Under the pieces are notes generated by a model that was not told where the DNA came from, searched no databases, and was given only the letters and a program-made list of their open reading frames with translations. From the IMG/VR virus record IMGVR_UViG_3300031963_009547: a stretch of 64,000 nt of DNA; one strand, given 5' to 3'. Origin of the DNA: a virus. Every line of letters begins with the position of its first letter. The stretch's first letter is position 1. Both the position numbers and the translations under genes were made by a program. This document shows, in pieces, positions 53,101-63,034 of this stretch.

Positions 53101-53509
53101 TCCAACTCCTACACCAACTCCTACACCTACACCTACGGCAACACCATCGTATGTGAATGCAATTTTCAATTTTGGTGCACCAATTACCTCAACACCTAAT
53201 AATGTTAGTTTTGTGTTTAGAATAAATGGTGGTTCTTGGGTATATATTAATAACCAAACTGTAGGAAACAAACCTTCATCAACTCAATTGTATAACACAT
53301 ACCTTAATTCATTTATTACTGGAGATATACTTGAATTTGGTATTTTAAATACTTCAGGTAATAATGTGACTTTCGGACTTGGTAATAACTCAGGTATATA
53401 TACAGGTTATTGTGGATTAATTTCTTACTACACTTATACTATACCAAGTACAAACTTTGCTCTGTACATAAACATACAAGACACTGGAAGTGGATATGTA
53501 ATTTGTTAA
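50147..53509 (+). CDS. baseplate wedge protein (T4 gp7 / P2 gpI-like) with a C-terminal Pro-Thr linker and adhesin-like domain
   Basis: IPSQLLSNLAQTLG...NAAYMFKTKGTRQSLE...G resembles the gpI-type 'KGT' motif. (PT)n at 53093-53146. Confidence 0.6.
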   Translation: MANKIFFPPIGTNTFADNIVGVQITDGGGLTQGNFQFTSAIYEKSNRKFDTGVFSEGYTLENLKIDNIEQAKRIIEKNFKVYPNYDLSEVTSFSLYGSLAKRLSASAIKIINNFPAAIEIMARHQSGLFVGDTAFNITYDSVEDETTFDMNSALFRNPFEVDFSVNARRNIEVKPFPIHPIRALTSEFENYALYFDTLDVEYPLTDFTPTISMSGGNVTLTVLGNPFSGLTATTASLILKPNNTKTQEIFNDAFDEVEKFLLNQNTSPKYTAKFSYPDYDDNGVLTLYNRKVTWTLSTFWNLDISSSRFNKYLDELQLIAEKLDEYKTNLISRFLITGAFKEFDTTDQKIEKVLQIYGRSFDEVKKFIDSLAYVNSVNYQVGNDIPSQLLSNLAQTLGINPNISPITNEGFLTSVFNPTPQQIYQGQKNTPTPTELNYQYYKNLILNAAYMFKTKGTRQSLEYVMRFIGAPDALVEFNEIIYVADTKINVNKFNQQYAQISGGTKFETTPSLDNSNIFSIQGVTYTGYTSSGVIKFINTTLDDYGVDSDGYPKSPQQTQDNFFQKGAGWFEKSPKHRSVETVDVANSQFTGSNPYLITEVAPFNFGQEYMNTLRKFPDMNVGYTLTRVSDNQKSWPVNQVGTRKNNSNFNGVDYSVNDDKLVINSKNIELYMNMGQGITYDVWDMSVKYNYPIPNSGLTAPYPYPGDIDWTIINPKPKEKTFFEFAQTFYNNFINVRNRQTIFDGKTGGYPTLQSIYWKYLQSQQTVGIPSNEYTYQKMIDFTLGIGDYWQRLLEQVVPGTTLWLTGQKMENSIFHRQKYVWRRQRGCQFIPVDCVPCRYTGQPFAYDCIDQTLQCSLILDGANVLQTLLASQLSTSGYTQNQCDLNSIVSNWYVDCRLDNQVLVQSQFYTGYGINDYPTQTQLLNALDTELEELYQHGLNYYFAGNTLIVSNSTCYDDFTNSTLSLNIGLDIDINCTPSSATPTPTPTPTPTPTPTATPSYVNAIFNFGAPITSTPNNVSFVFRINGGSWVYINNQTVGNKPSSTQLYNTYLNSFITGDILEFGILNTSGNNVTFGLGNNSGIYTGYCGLISYYTYTIPSTNFALYINIQDTGSGYVIC

Positions 53510-53522
53510 AATTAATTAAAGA

Positions 53523-56500
53523 ATGGCTTGTGTTTCAGGATTAACGAATGGTGTTTATAGTTATATTGATTGTTGTGGTATACCAAGATATGGTGCATCA
53601 GTAGGTGAAAGTATATGTTTAGATGAAACTTATACTGGTTCATCCTCCGGTGTTTATATCGCGACAGGGCAAACTTGTACCCAAAACTGTAATCAAGGAC
53701 CATTAGGGTATAGTTTTATAGTGTCGGGTGTTTGTTCAGCAGCGACAGGTTCAGTAATATTTTCACCTTTTGGTGGTACACCTCCTTATACGATTGATAA
53801 CATTACACCTGGTAGTATATCAGCTCAAACATCATTTGGTCAAATTACATTTACGGGATTAACTGGAGGTACCTACGTATTTAGACTCAATGACACATTA
53901 GGGTTACAAAATAACGAATTATATATTAATGTTGCGGTTACACCTTGTTTTGAGGCTAATATTATAAACGCTAGTGGAACAACTTGTGGAGACACTAACG
54001 GTTTTTTACAAGTCACAGGAACCACAACAGGTTCACCTTATACGATACTATTTTATAAAGACGGAGTTTTACAGAGCGTCGATACCACAAATACATTACC
54101 ATTCGATTATGATAGTTTAGGTGATGGTATATATTATGCAACTATTATTGATAATGGGGGTGCTAGCGCTAACACTGAAAATGCGGTAATAAGTGCGAGT
54201 ACATCAGTCGATTTTGGTTTTTGGGTTGTAGATACGTCAAACTGTACAACTAACTGGGGTAAATTAGCGGTGACAGGTATTACAGGAACTGGACCATATA
54301 CGTATTTGTGGAATAACGGAGAAACAACACAACTTATTACGGGATTAACACAAGGAATTTATTCTTGTACTGTTACAGATTCTTTAGGATGTGAAACAAC
54401 TAAGTCGCAAACCGTTGGGGTTGCAGCACCATTAGGACTGTCATTTTTAAGTGCGGTCCAACCTACATGTTTTTCATCAGATGGTTCATTAACATTTACA
54501 ATAAGTGGAGGTTCACAACCACTATATTTCTCCGCAACATCAAGTCAAGTTGGGTATACCCTATCAGATACATTTACATTATCTGGTCTACCATCAGGAA
54601 ATTACAACGTCTTAGTTAGGGACGCAAATTTCTGTCAAATAGTAGTTAATGGAAATTTACTACCACCAAACGGATTTAGTGTGGTTGGGACTACGGTGAC
54701 AAATTCATCTTGTAATATAACTAACGGTTCAATTGATGTTAGTATTGCAGGTGCGAACGCTTTTTATACGTACTCACTTTCGGGGTTAACTGGTAATACA
54801 ATTCAAACAAATACATCACAAAACCAATCTTATAGTTTTAATAATCTTCAAAACGACACATACTTACTAACCATAAGTGGTAGTGGTACACAATGTGTAT
54901 ATACAGAAACTATTACTTTAAGTTCTACCGAAAAGTTTCAAATTAATGTATCAACCACAGGTTCAACTTGTGGTCAAACAAATGGGACTGCTGATGTTTT
55001 GTTATCAACGGGATACACATTACCATTAAATTATGTTTTGAGTAATGGTAATCAGATACTAAATACAACTTTAACTTCAACAACATATAATAATTTATCA
55101 AGTGGTTCTTATACTATAACAATAACTGATAATGACGGATGTTCCGTATCTACAGGATTTACTATTAGTAGTGGTGGAAGTTTATTAACAGGAATAAATA
55201 CTACAAACTGTACAAATGGTAACAATGGAAGTGCCTCAGTTGTAATTTACGACGGTGAGCCACCATTTAGTTATTTATGGTCAAACGGTAGTACTGGTTC
55301 GTCAATAAGTAACCTTTCATCTGGTTTATATGATGTTACAATTACAGATGCATCGGGATGTACCGACACACAATACTTCACATTAAATTGTACTGGAAAC
55401 CTCATCAATAATTACCAAACATTTAATCTTTGTGCAAATACGTTTACAACAACAAGCGGTAACCAAAGAGGTATGTTGGAAATGTTAAATGAAGGTTATT
55501 TAGATATTACTTCGGGTTATACTAATTGCACATTCAACTCTGCTATTTTTACTTGTGAAATAATAGTTAATGGTAGTGCGTTTACTGAAACATTCTACAC
55601 AGCAACAACCCTTAATGATGTTCCACAAGACACTTTGTGGCAATCAACAATTGAATCAATACTTTCAGGTATAACTGAAATACAATCATATCAAATAGAT
55701 TTATTGAACAATACTTTAACTATTACGTCTGATTGTGATGGTGATTACGACCCACTTGCGGATGCTGATTTTAGTTTAGGTTTAGAAATCGTGTATGACG
55801 TTACTTGTTCAGGTTATTTATTCCCAACGCCAACACCTACTGCAACACCTACCGCAACACCAACACCTACGGCTACGCCAACACCAACACCAACACCTAC
55901 CGCAACACCTACCGCAACGCCGACACCAACACCAACACCTACCGCAACGCCGACACCTACACCTACTGCGACGCCTACTCCTACGCCGACCGCAACTCCG
56001 ACCCCAACACCTACGCCAACGCCAACACCGGTATACTATAATCTTCAATTAAGTATAACAAATGAGACTGCAACATTAAGTACTTTCAATATATCATATA
56101 GTGTGGATAGTGGTTCAACATGGAATTTATGGCAAAATACAACAACAACAAATCATCCAACATATACTAATTTTGGTGGGTTAACATTCTTACCTGGCAC
56201 TGATGTTGAAATAGCATTAACGAATAGTTCAGATAATGATATTTCTTTTGGTGTTGGATTTATTCCATTATTGAGTGTCGGTGATTATACTTCACTTTGT
56301 GGTAAATCTAACCCATTAATTGTACCAACAATAACTGGTAATACTAGTTACTATTTAAATCTCGCAGTTTCAGGAGCAACTTATGTGAGTTGCCCATTGC
56401 CTACACCAACGCCAACGCCAACGCCAACTGCGACACCTACACCTACGGCAACACCAACTCCTACACCAACGCCAACGCCAACTGCGACACCAACACCTAC

Positions 56501-57233
56501 ACCTACGGCAACACCAACTCCTACACCAACGCCAACACCAACTCCAGGGTATCTCGCAAGATTTCCATCAACAACATGGGTTGATTCAAGTGGAGGTCAA
56601 TGGGCAACACCACAAATACAGTCAGGTAATTTGAACTATGCAGGAGCACCTAATGAAACGTTAACAATAAGATTTACTTTACCTAATTTGATAAGATTTT
56701 CAGGTGGTTCATCAATCAACGGAGTATTATATGATGAATATAGTGCAAACACTTTTACCGTTACTACTAACGGTTCAGGTACAGGAACATTATCATTCGT
56801 AACAAGTGCAAACACTACATCGTCAACATTCGGTCAAAAAGTTGCTTTATTTGAAATAATTGCGTCTTCATCCGGTTCTACCATAAATCCTGCTAGTGGT
56901 TCTAATAGATTATTATATAGGTACACTAATCCTATTTTTGGAGGTAGACCTTGGATTGGAAACAATGTAATTTCAGCAACTACAAGTGGGGATGCGTGTA
57001 ATAATATAGCGTATGAAACGATATATAGAATCGACACATTTAGTATTCCACCAAACGTAGGAGCCAATGTTTATTCTGGTGACACAGGTACAAACCTTGT
57101 TAATGGAGACAACAAATGGATTGCAATTACTTATCCTACCGCTCCAAGTGATGAATTAGGTAATTATAATACTAAATATGTAATCCAAGTTGATGCCTCA
57201 GGTGTGATAACAAATATTCAAACTTGCCCATAA
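53523..57233 (+). CDS. SprB-repeat adhesin-like fibre protein with Pro-Thr linkers
   Basis: Repeated C...G.......GG.PPY.Y.W.NG......GL..G.Y...VTD..GC units (e.g. [32 protein letters not shown]) and two (PT/AT)n tracts. Confidence 0.75.
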   Translation: MACVSGLTNGVYSYIDCCGIPRYGASVGESICLDETYTGSSSGVYIATGQTCTQNCNQGPLGYSFIVSGVCSAATGSVIFSPFGGTPPYTIDNITPGSISAQTSFGQITFTGLTGGTYVFRLNDTLGLQNNELYINVAVTPCFEANIINASGTTCGDTNGFLQVTGTTTGSPYTILFYKDGVLQSVDTTNTLPFDYDSLGDGIYYATIIDNGGASANTENAVISASTSVDFGFWVVDTSNCTTNWGKLAVTGITGTGPYTYLWNNGETTQLITGLTQGIYSCTVTDSLGCETTKSQTVGVAAPLGLSFLSAVQPTCFSSDGSLTFTISGGSQPLYFSATSSQVGYTLSDTFTLSGLPSGNYNVLVRDANFCQIVVNGNLLPPNGFSVVGTTVTNSSCNITNGSIDVSIAGANAFYTYSLSGLTGNTIQTNTSQNQSYSFNNLQNDTYLLTISGSGTQCVYTETITLSSTEKFQINVSTTGSTCGQTNGTADVLLSTGYTLPLNYVLSNGNQILNTTLTSTTYNNLSSGSYTITITDNDGCSVSTGFTISSGGSLLTGINTTNCTNGNNGSASVVIYDGEPPFSYLWSNGSTGSSISNLSSGLYDVTITDASGCTDTQYFTLNCTGNLINNYQTFNLCANTFTTTSGNQRGMLEMLNEGYLDITSGYTNCTFNSAIFTCEIIVNGSAFTETFYTATTLNDVPQDTLWQSTIESILSGITEIQSYQIDLLNNTLTITSDCDGDYDPLADADFSLGLEIVYDVTCSGYLFPTPTPTATPTATPTPTATPTPTPTPTATPTATPTPTPTPTATPTPTPTATPTPTPTATPTPTPTPTPTPVYYNLQLSITNETATLSTFNISYSVDSGSTWNLWQNTTTTNHPTYTNFGGLTFLPGTDVEIALTNSSDNDISFGVGFIPLLSVGDYTSLCGKSNPLIVPTITGNTSYYLNLAVSGATYVSCPLPTPTPTPTPTATPTPTATPTPTPTPTPTATPTPTPTATPTPTPTPTPTPGYLARFPSTTWVDSSGGQWATPQIQSGNLNYAGAPNETLTIRFTLPNLIRFSGGSSINGVLYDEYSANTFTVTTNGSGTGTLSFVTSANTTSSTFGQKVALFEIIASSSGSTINPASGSNRLLYRYTNPIFGGRPWIGNNVISATTSGDACNNIAYETIYRIDTFSIPPNVGANVYSGDTGTNLVNGDNKWIAITYPTAPSDELGNYNTKYVIQVDASGVITNIQTCP
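55824..56030 (+). repeat. Pro/Ala-Thr dipeptide repeat (~69 aa)
   Basis: (CCN/GCN-ACN)n encoding [10 protein letters not shown]... Confidence 0.95.
56400..56546 (+). repeat. Pro/Ala-Thr dipeptide repeat (~49 aa)
   Basis: Second (PT/AT)n tract in the same gene. Confidence 0.95.
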
Positions 57234-57520
57234 TGCCATCACAACTAATCATATCGGGGGAGACGGGAGGAACACCTCCTTATCAGTTTTATGTATGTGA
57301 CCAATATATGAATAACTGCTTCTTGTTGGGACCAACAGGTGGTACATTTACATTAAATGCTTTTTTTTCAACTGCTCAAGTATTACTTATAAAAGTTGTT
57401 GACAGTACTGGATGTATGACATTCAAACTTGTATACTGTCCATTCGATACGTTCTTTATATTAACTGAGACAGGTCTCATAATAACCACAGAAAGTGGTG
57501 ATAGTTTAGTTTGGATATAA
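57233..57520 (+). CDS. small Ig-like fibre adaptor protein
   Basis: ATG at 57233 (TAATG overlap) is preferred over 57224. Motifs GGTPPYQFYVCD...C and C-terminal ILTETG.IITTESG. Confidence 0.65.
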   Translation: MPSQLIISGETGGTPPYQFYVCDQYMNNCFLLGPTGGTFTLNAFFSTAQVLLIKVVDSTGCMTFKLVYCPFDTFFILTETGLIITTESGDSLVWI

Positions 57521-57805
57521 ATGTTAATTACAATTACAGGTATAACAAGCGGAAGTAGTCCATATAACATATACATATGTGATTCAAATAACACTGCTTG
57601 TTTTTATGTAAGTGGAGTGACATCAATACCACCTTCAGTTGTGATAGATACTGATAATTTTTTTCCTAATGCACCTGCGGTGTATCTTAAAATTTTAGAC
57701 GGTACTTTATGTGAGAAATTATATTTATTAGAATGTGGAGTATATAACTTCCAAGACACTAATATTTTTATTTTTATGGACGGTAATATTAATGTCTTCC
57801 AATAA
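57521..57805 (+). CDS. small Ig-like fibre adaptor protein, paralog of the previous gene
   Basis: SGSSPYNIYICD...CFYV aligns with the previous ORF. Confidence 0.65.
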   Translation: MLITITGITSGSSPYNIYICDSNNTACFYVSGVTSIPPSVVIDTDNFFPNAPAVYLKILDGTLCEKLYLLECGVYNFQDTNIFIFMDGNINVFQ

Positions 57806-57832
57806 TTATTTCCACAATATTTATAAAGTGAT

Positions 57833-60800
57833 ATGCCAACTTATAATAGACTAACCGACAGAACCCTAGCCACGGGTGTAACTCTTACTGATTTAATTCA
57901 CATAGTAATTACTGGTGACACCTCTCAAAACGCTGCAGGGTCATCTTATAAAGCAACGATTGCCCAATTAGCAAGTATTCTAACCGGTGCTACGGGTACT
58001 GCAGGAACTGCAGGAACTTCAGGAACAAATGGTACTAGTGGTGCAAACGGAACTTCAGGTACGAATGGTACTAGTGGAGTTGGAACTAATGGTACTTCTG
58101 GAAGTTCAGGATTGTCGGGTACAAATGGAACGTCAGGTACTAGTGGTAGTTCAGGTATTGATGGTACGTCTGGTTCTTCTGGCTCAAGCGGAATATCGGG
58201 AACATCTGGTTCTTCTGGTATTAATGGAACTTCCGGCTCAAGCGGATTATCAGGAACATCTGGCTCTTCTGGTTCAAGTGGTAGTTCAGGTATTGATGGT
58301 ACGTCTGGTTCTTCTGGCTCAAGCGGATTATCAGGAACATCTGGCTCTTCTGGTTCAAGTGGAATATCGGGAACATCTGGTTCTTCTGGTATTAATGGAA
58401 CTTCCGGCTCAAGTGGATTATCAGGAACATCGGGCTCTTCTGGCATTAATGGAACTTCTGGTTCAAGCGGATTATCAGGAACATCTGGCTCTTCTGGTTC
58501 AAGTGGAATATCGGGAACATCTGGTTCTTCTGGTATTAATGGAACTTCCGGCTCAAGTGGATTATCAGGAACATCGGGCTCTTCTGGCATTAATGGAACT
58601 TCTGGTTCAAGCGGAACTTCTGGTTCAAGCGGAACTTCTGGTTCATCGGGAACTAACGGAACATCAGGTATTTCTGGTGTAGATGGTACTAACGGAACAT
58701 CAGGAACCAATGGAACCAGCGGCACTAATGGTAGTTCAGGGACATCGGGTTCTTCTGGCATTAACGGAACGTCCGGTTCAAGTGGAATATCGGGAACATC
58801 GGGTTCTTCAGGCACAAGTGGTTCTTCAGGTATTAATGGAACAAATGGTACTTCAGGTTCTTCAGGTACTAGCGGTTCATCAGGTTCTAGTGGTGTCGGA
58901 TTCAATGCTATCCAAACACCATCACTTACAAGAGTATTAACTTCTGATGGTACAACAACAGGTGCAATTGCACAATCAGGTTTAACATATAATGGTTCAC
59001 AATTAACAGTTAGTGGTCTTACATATACGAGTGGTATAACATCGGTAAGTGGTATTATTTTTAAACAAGTAACTATTAATGGTTCTTATACTGCAACCAC
59101 AGATGATTACATGATTGATATAACAGGCGGTACATTTACCGTATCATTACCAACTGCGGTAGGTCAACAAGGTAGATTATACGTAATTAAAAATAATGGT
59201 GGAGGTGCTGTTACTGTGGACCCGTTCGGTAGTGAAACTATTGATGGTAAACCATTTGTGATTTTAGGTGAAACAAATAGTATTCAATTAGCAAGTAATG
59301 GAACTGAATGGGTTGCTTTAGGGTATAACATATCAACAGTAAACTCATCAACAGGCGTATTTGAATTTACAGGATTAACTATTGCGTCACCAACAACATT
59401 TACCGTGGCACCTGTTAAAGGATGGATTGTTGATGATACAACAAATCCTTTATCACCACAACTTTATTATCTATCATATACAGGTGGTACATATACCGCG
59501 ACATATGTTACCGCTAGTACTGAAACTTGGATTTATGTGACAAGTGGGGGAACAATAGTACAATCAAATATTCCTTTAACGGACCAAGAAAGAAGACAAA
59601 ACATTGCTTTAGGTAAATTGGGTCATGCAAATAAAACATCAATCATTAATGCGTTTTCTCAACCTGATTTTGTTTTATCACCGTTATCACAACTTCGTGA
59701 TATGTTCGAACCTATTAATTTGATAAATGGGGGAATAACAGCATCTCCAAATGGTACCAATTTAAGTTTTAATACAAGTGCAGGTTATTTACATGGATTA
59801 GGGATTAATTTTGCAAATGATACATTAAATCCTGATTCATTATACGTTTCAGGAACAAATCCTTGTACTTTTCAATATAGAACACAAACGGGTGGAACTG
59901 CGACTAACGTAACGGTAATTGACCCTACAAAATATGATGTTGGGGGTGTTATAACAACACTATCAGGGACTAAAGCAACAAACCAAAGAATATATTTGGT
60001 TCAAAATGGTGTGTTCAGAGTTCAATACGGACAAACTGAATATTCAACATTAGCACAAGCAGTTGCGGGTCTTGCAACCGAACAATATGTTGAATTTTCA
60101 AACTTTAATACTAACGGTATTTTAATTGGTGTTATATCTGTATTAAGTTCAGCTACTGATTTAAGTGATACTTCTAAAGCATTATTTTTTAGAGCATCAA
60201 AATTTGGTGAGTCAACAGGAGCAGCTGGAGGTAGTGCAACGACAAACTTGCAACAAGCATATAATAATTCAGCAGAACCTGAAATTTTAACCAATTCAAC
60301 ATTAGGAGCTGTAACAATTAAAAATGGTTCAGGTAATCCAGATTCGACATCAAGTTTACTTGAGGGTCTAAACTCATCTGGTGGGGTTACATCATTTATC
60401 CGTGCTAACGGGTCATTATCAGCAACTACCATTTCAGCAACAACAATATCTGCAACAACATACCAAAACTTACCAAGCGATGTGGTAATTATTAACTCAA
60501 CACAGATTCAATCAGGATTTACAGGTGGAGTATTATTCCAAAGTTCGGCAAGTACTGTAAGTCAAACTACTGGATTTACTTGGGATAATGTAAATAAAAG
60601 GTTGGGAATTGGGACTAACTCCCCTCTCTACGACTTAGACGTTTATGGGTCTATCTATCAAAAAACCGGAGAATTATTAATTACATCCACAGGTGGTGTT
60701 AACAAAGAAGGACCATTTATTGCGTCAAGTGGTGGTGACGAGGTAAGCTCTGATAGAAAAATCCAATTAGGCATTTCAGACAATTCAACTGTACCTGTCG

Positions 60801-61792
60801 GTATTAATATGTTTGTAACTAACAATTCATTCCCACCAAGCTACATAAACTTCAGAGTAAACAATGCGGATTTAGTTATGATGTCCGGTAGTTCTGTTAT
60901 AATTAGCGGTAATACTCATACAAATGGTATGACAGCAACCACAATTTCTGCAACTACATTATCGACCATTACCGCTAACACAAATACTATATCAATATTT
61001 TCTGCAACTACAGGTACAACCACATCATATTTAGGGTTAGATTCAAATAATAGGGTTATCAAGGCAACAGTGCCAGGCTCCAATAATCAGTTATTAACTT
61101 CAAATGGGTCGGGGTTAATAAATGCCCAATCAGGATTAACCTATGATGGGTCAACATTAAGATTATTGTATCAATCCGGAGATGAAGGTGGTGAAATGTT
61201 ATTAAGTAAACCTGTTACTAATACCTCAATTTCGGGAACAGGAGTTAGTATTGATGTTTATCAAAATAAATATCGTATATTTGAACAAGGTGGGTCTGCT
61301 AGAGGGGCATATATAGATATTACTGATTTAGATACTTCTGTCGGTGTTAATTTGGCACCATGGAGATATTTGTATGTTACAAGAGCAACGTCTAATCAAA
61401 CAATTGGAAGTGGTACATGGGCCAATATCGACATTATATTTAATAATCAAGTAGTATCAAAGGGAATTACTTATAACACAAGTACAGGTAGAGCGACTTT
61501 ACCTCCTGGTGTATATAGAATTACCGCTCAACTTGCTTGGCAGGCGGCAGCAGTATACACGATTCAATTTTCTTGTTACGATAGCTCAAACAATCAATTG
61601 GGTCCTACTGTTGAAATGATACAATCGACAAACAGTACTAATAACATTTCAAATGGTTATTTAGATTTTATCTATACGGTAACTAATACGATTGATGTTA
61701 AGATTAAAACCACTAATAGTACAAATGCTTTAAGTGGTGAACAGATTAGATTTGATTTGAACACTTCAATGATTATCCAACAAATAGGTTAA
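57833..61792 (+). CDS. tail fibre with a Gly-X-Y (Ser/Thr-rich) collagen-like region and a C1q/BclA-like C-terminus
   Basis: About 100 GTS/GSS/GTN triplets, an RLGIGTNSP..LDVYG motif, and C-terminal IIFNN....GITYNTSTG..TL.PGVYRITAQL. Confidence 0.75.
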   Translation: MPTYNRLTDRTLATGVTLTDLIHIVITGDTSQNAAGSSYKATIAQLASILTGATGTAGTAGTSGTNGTSGANGTSGTNGTSGVGTNGTSGSSGLSGTNGTSGTSGSSGIDGTSGSSGSSGISGTSGSSGINGTSGSSGLSGTSGSSGSSGSSGIDGTSGSSGSSGLSGTSGSSGSSGISGTSGSSGINGTSGSSGLSGTSGSSGINGTSGSSGLSGTSGSSGSSGISGTSGSSGINGTSGSSGLSGTSGSSGINGTSGSSGTSGSSGTSGSSGTNGTSGISGVDGTNGTSGTNGTSGTNGSSGTSGSSGINGTSGSSGISGTSGSSGTSGSSGINGTNGTSGSSGTSGSSGSSGVGFNAIQTPSLTRVLTSDGTTTGAIAQSGLTYNGSQLTVSGLTYTSGITSVSGIIFKQVTINGSYTATTDDYMIDITGGTFTVSLPTAVGQQGRLYVIKNNGGGAVTVDPFGSETIDGKPFVILGETNSIQLASNGTEWVALGYNISTVNSSTGVFEFTGLTIASPTTFTVAPVKGWIVDDTTNPLSPQLYYLSYTGGTYTATYVTASTETWIYVTSGGTIVQSNIPLTDQERRQNIALGKLGHANKTSIINAFSQPDFVLSPLSQLRDMFEPINLINGGITASPNGTNLSFNTSAGYLHGLGINFANDTLNPDSLYVSGTNPCTFQYRTQTGGTATNVTVIDPTKYDVGGVITTLSGTKATNQRIYLVQNGVFRVQYGQTEYSTLAQAVAGLATEQYVEFSNFNTNGILIGVISVLSSATDLSDTSKALFFRASKFGESTGAAGGSATTNLQQAYNNSAEPEILTNSTLGAVTIKNGSGNPDSTSSLLEGLNSSGGVTSFIRANGSLSATTISATTISATTYQNLPSDVVIINSTQIQSGFTGGVLFQSSASTVSQTTGFTWDNVNKRLGIGTNSPLYDLDVYGSIYQKTGELLITSTGGVNKEGPFIASSGGDEVSSDRKIQLGISDNSTVPVGINMFVTNNSFPPSYINFRVNNADLVMMSGSSVIISGNTHTNGMTATTISATTLSTITANTNTISIFSATTGTTTSYLGLDSNNRVIKATVPGSNNQLLTSNGSGLINAQSGLTYDGSTLRLLYQSGDEGGEMLLSKPVTNTSISGTGVSIDVYQNKYRIFEQGGSARGAYIDITDLDTSVGVNLAPWRYLYVTRATSNQTIGSGTWANIDIIFNNQVVSKGITYNTSTGRATLPPGVYRITAQLAWQAAAVYTIQFSCYDSSNNQLGPTVEMIQSTNSTNNISNGYLDFIYTVTNTIDVKIKTTNSTNALSGEQIRFDLNTSMIIQQIG
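57986..58900 (+). repeat. collagen-like Gly-X-Y repeat containing a perfect 144 bp tandem duplication
   Basis: 9 nt periodicity. 58325-58468 is identical to 58469-58612. Confidence 0.95.
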
Positions 61793-61837
61793 GTATTGTT
61801 TTTTTATGGTTATAACTTATCATAAAGAAAAAAACTT

Positions 61838-63034
61838 ATGAAAATATTTGTTCAAATTGCGTCTTATAGAGACCCCGAACTTTTACCGACAATTAGAGAC
61901 TGTATTTCAAAGGCAAAACATCCCGAAAATTTAACATTCGGTATTTGTTGGCAACGAGATGAAAGTGAATCAATGGAAGAATTTGCAAATGACCCAAGAT
62001 TCAAAATCTTAGATTACCATTGGTCAAAAAGTAAAGGTTTATGTTGGGCTCGTTCAGAAATTCAAAAATTATGGGAAGGTGAAGAATACACACTTCAATT
62101 AGACTCACATCATAGATTTTTACAAGATTGGGATACTGAGTTAATTGAAATGATGAAATTAACAGGTTCAGAAAAACCAATCATCACATCATATGCAGGA
62201 ATGTATAGACCAAGTGATAATCAATTATTAAATGTTGAACCATATAAAATGGTTGCATCAAACTTCACCCCCGGAGGAACAATTCTTTTTAGGCCACATA
62301 CAATTGAAAATTGGCAAAATTTAGATAAACCAATTCCCGCAAGATTTGTTAGCGGACATTTCTTTTTTACGATTGGAAAACATTGTGAAGAATATAAGTA
62401 TGACCCAAACATTTATTTTGCTGGTGATGAAATAAGTTTATCAATTCGTTCATTTACGTTAGGTTATGATTTATTCCACCCACATAAAACCGTTGTATGG
62501 CATGAATATACAAGAGAAGGTAGAACAAAACATTGGACCGACTTTAATACAGAAAATTTAAGTACAGGGGTTGTTGAAAAACCTTGGTGGGAAATGGACA
62601 ATGACTCAAAAAGAAGATTGAGACATATGTTACAAGAAGAAGATAACAATATTGATTTAGGTGTTTATGGTCTTGGTGAAGTAAGAACCCACCACGATTA
62701 TGAATTATACGCTGGAATTAACTTTAAAGAAAGAATGTTACACCCGAGTACAATTAAAGGTAAAAATCCGCCAATTAATGATGAAACTGAGTGGTATTTA
62801 AAACAAAAAGAAGTTTACGACTTAGAATTAGAAATTCCATATACCGAAAACTTTAAGTTTATTTATATTGGAGTGGAAGATGAAAATGGAGATGTTATTT
62901 ACAGACATGATTTAACAACATATCAAGAAAAATTAAATGTAAAAATTGAAAGTTACGAAAAACCAAGAAAATGGGTTTATTGGGTTAACGACATAAACGG
63001 AGAATGGTCGACAAGACTAGATTATTTATTATGA
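61838..63034 (+). CDS. polypeptide alpha-GlcNAc transferase-like glycosyltransferase (GT60 / Skp1 Gnt1-like)
   Basis: IFVQIASYRDPEL..T, SKGLCWAR, LQLDSHHRF...WD, F.GDEI..SIR.FT.GYDLFHP and VVWHEY are characteristic of the 'GlcNAc' GT-A family. Confidence 0.8.
   Translation: MKIFVQIASYRDPELLPTIRDCISKAKHPENLTFGICWQRDESESMEEFANDPRFKILDYHWSKSKGLCWARSEIQKLWEGEEYTLQLDSHHRFLQDWDTELIEMMKLTGSEKPIITSYAGMYRPSDNQLLNVEPYKMVASNFTPGGTILFRPHTIENWQNLDKPIPARFVSGHFFFTIGKHCEEYKYDPNIYFAGDEISLSIRSFTLGYDLFHPHKTVVWHEYTREGRTKHWTDFNTENLSTGVVEKPWWEMDNDSKRRLRHMLQEEDNNIDLGVYGLGEVRTHHDYELYAGINFKERMLHPSTIKGKNPPINDETEWYLKQKEVYDLELEIPYTENFKFIYIGVEDENGDVIYRHDLTTYQEKLNVKIESYEKPRKWVYWVNDINGEWSTRLDYLL

Noticed and set aside
7032-53509. 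Bacterial contractile injection system (eCIS/T6SS-like) instead of a phage
   Set aside because: Interleaved PolB, gp32-like SSB, UvsX, gp41-like helicase, RNR and neck genes indicate a phage genome.
55795-56584. Arg/Cys/Trp-, Gln/His- and Asn/Thr-rich ORFs over the PT tracts
   Set aside because: Alternative frames of the (CCN ACN)n repeats in the 53523 gene.
55824-58900. Possible CRISPR array or DGR template/variable repeats
   Set aside because: The repeats are in-frame coding low-complexity tracts without unique spacers. No adenine-specific mismatch pair, reverse transcriptase or cas gene is visible.
57946-58940. ORFs 57946..58905(-), 57987..58682(+) and 58683..58940(+)
   Set aside because: Shadow frames of the Gly-X-Y repeat. 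They lack stops only because of repeat codon composition.
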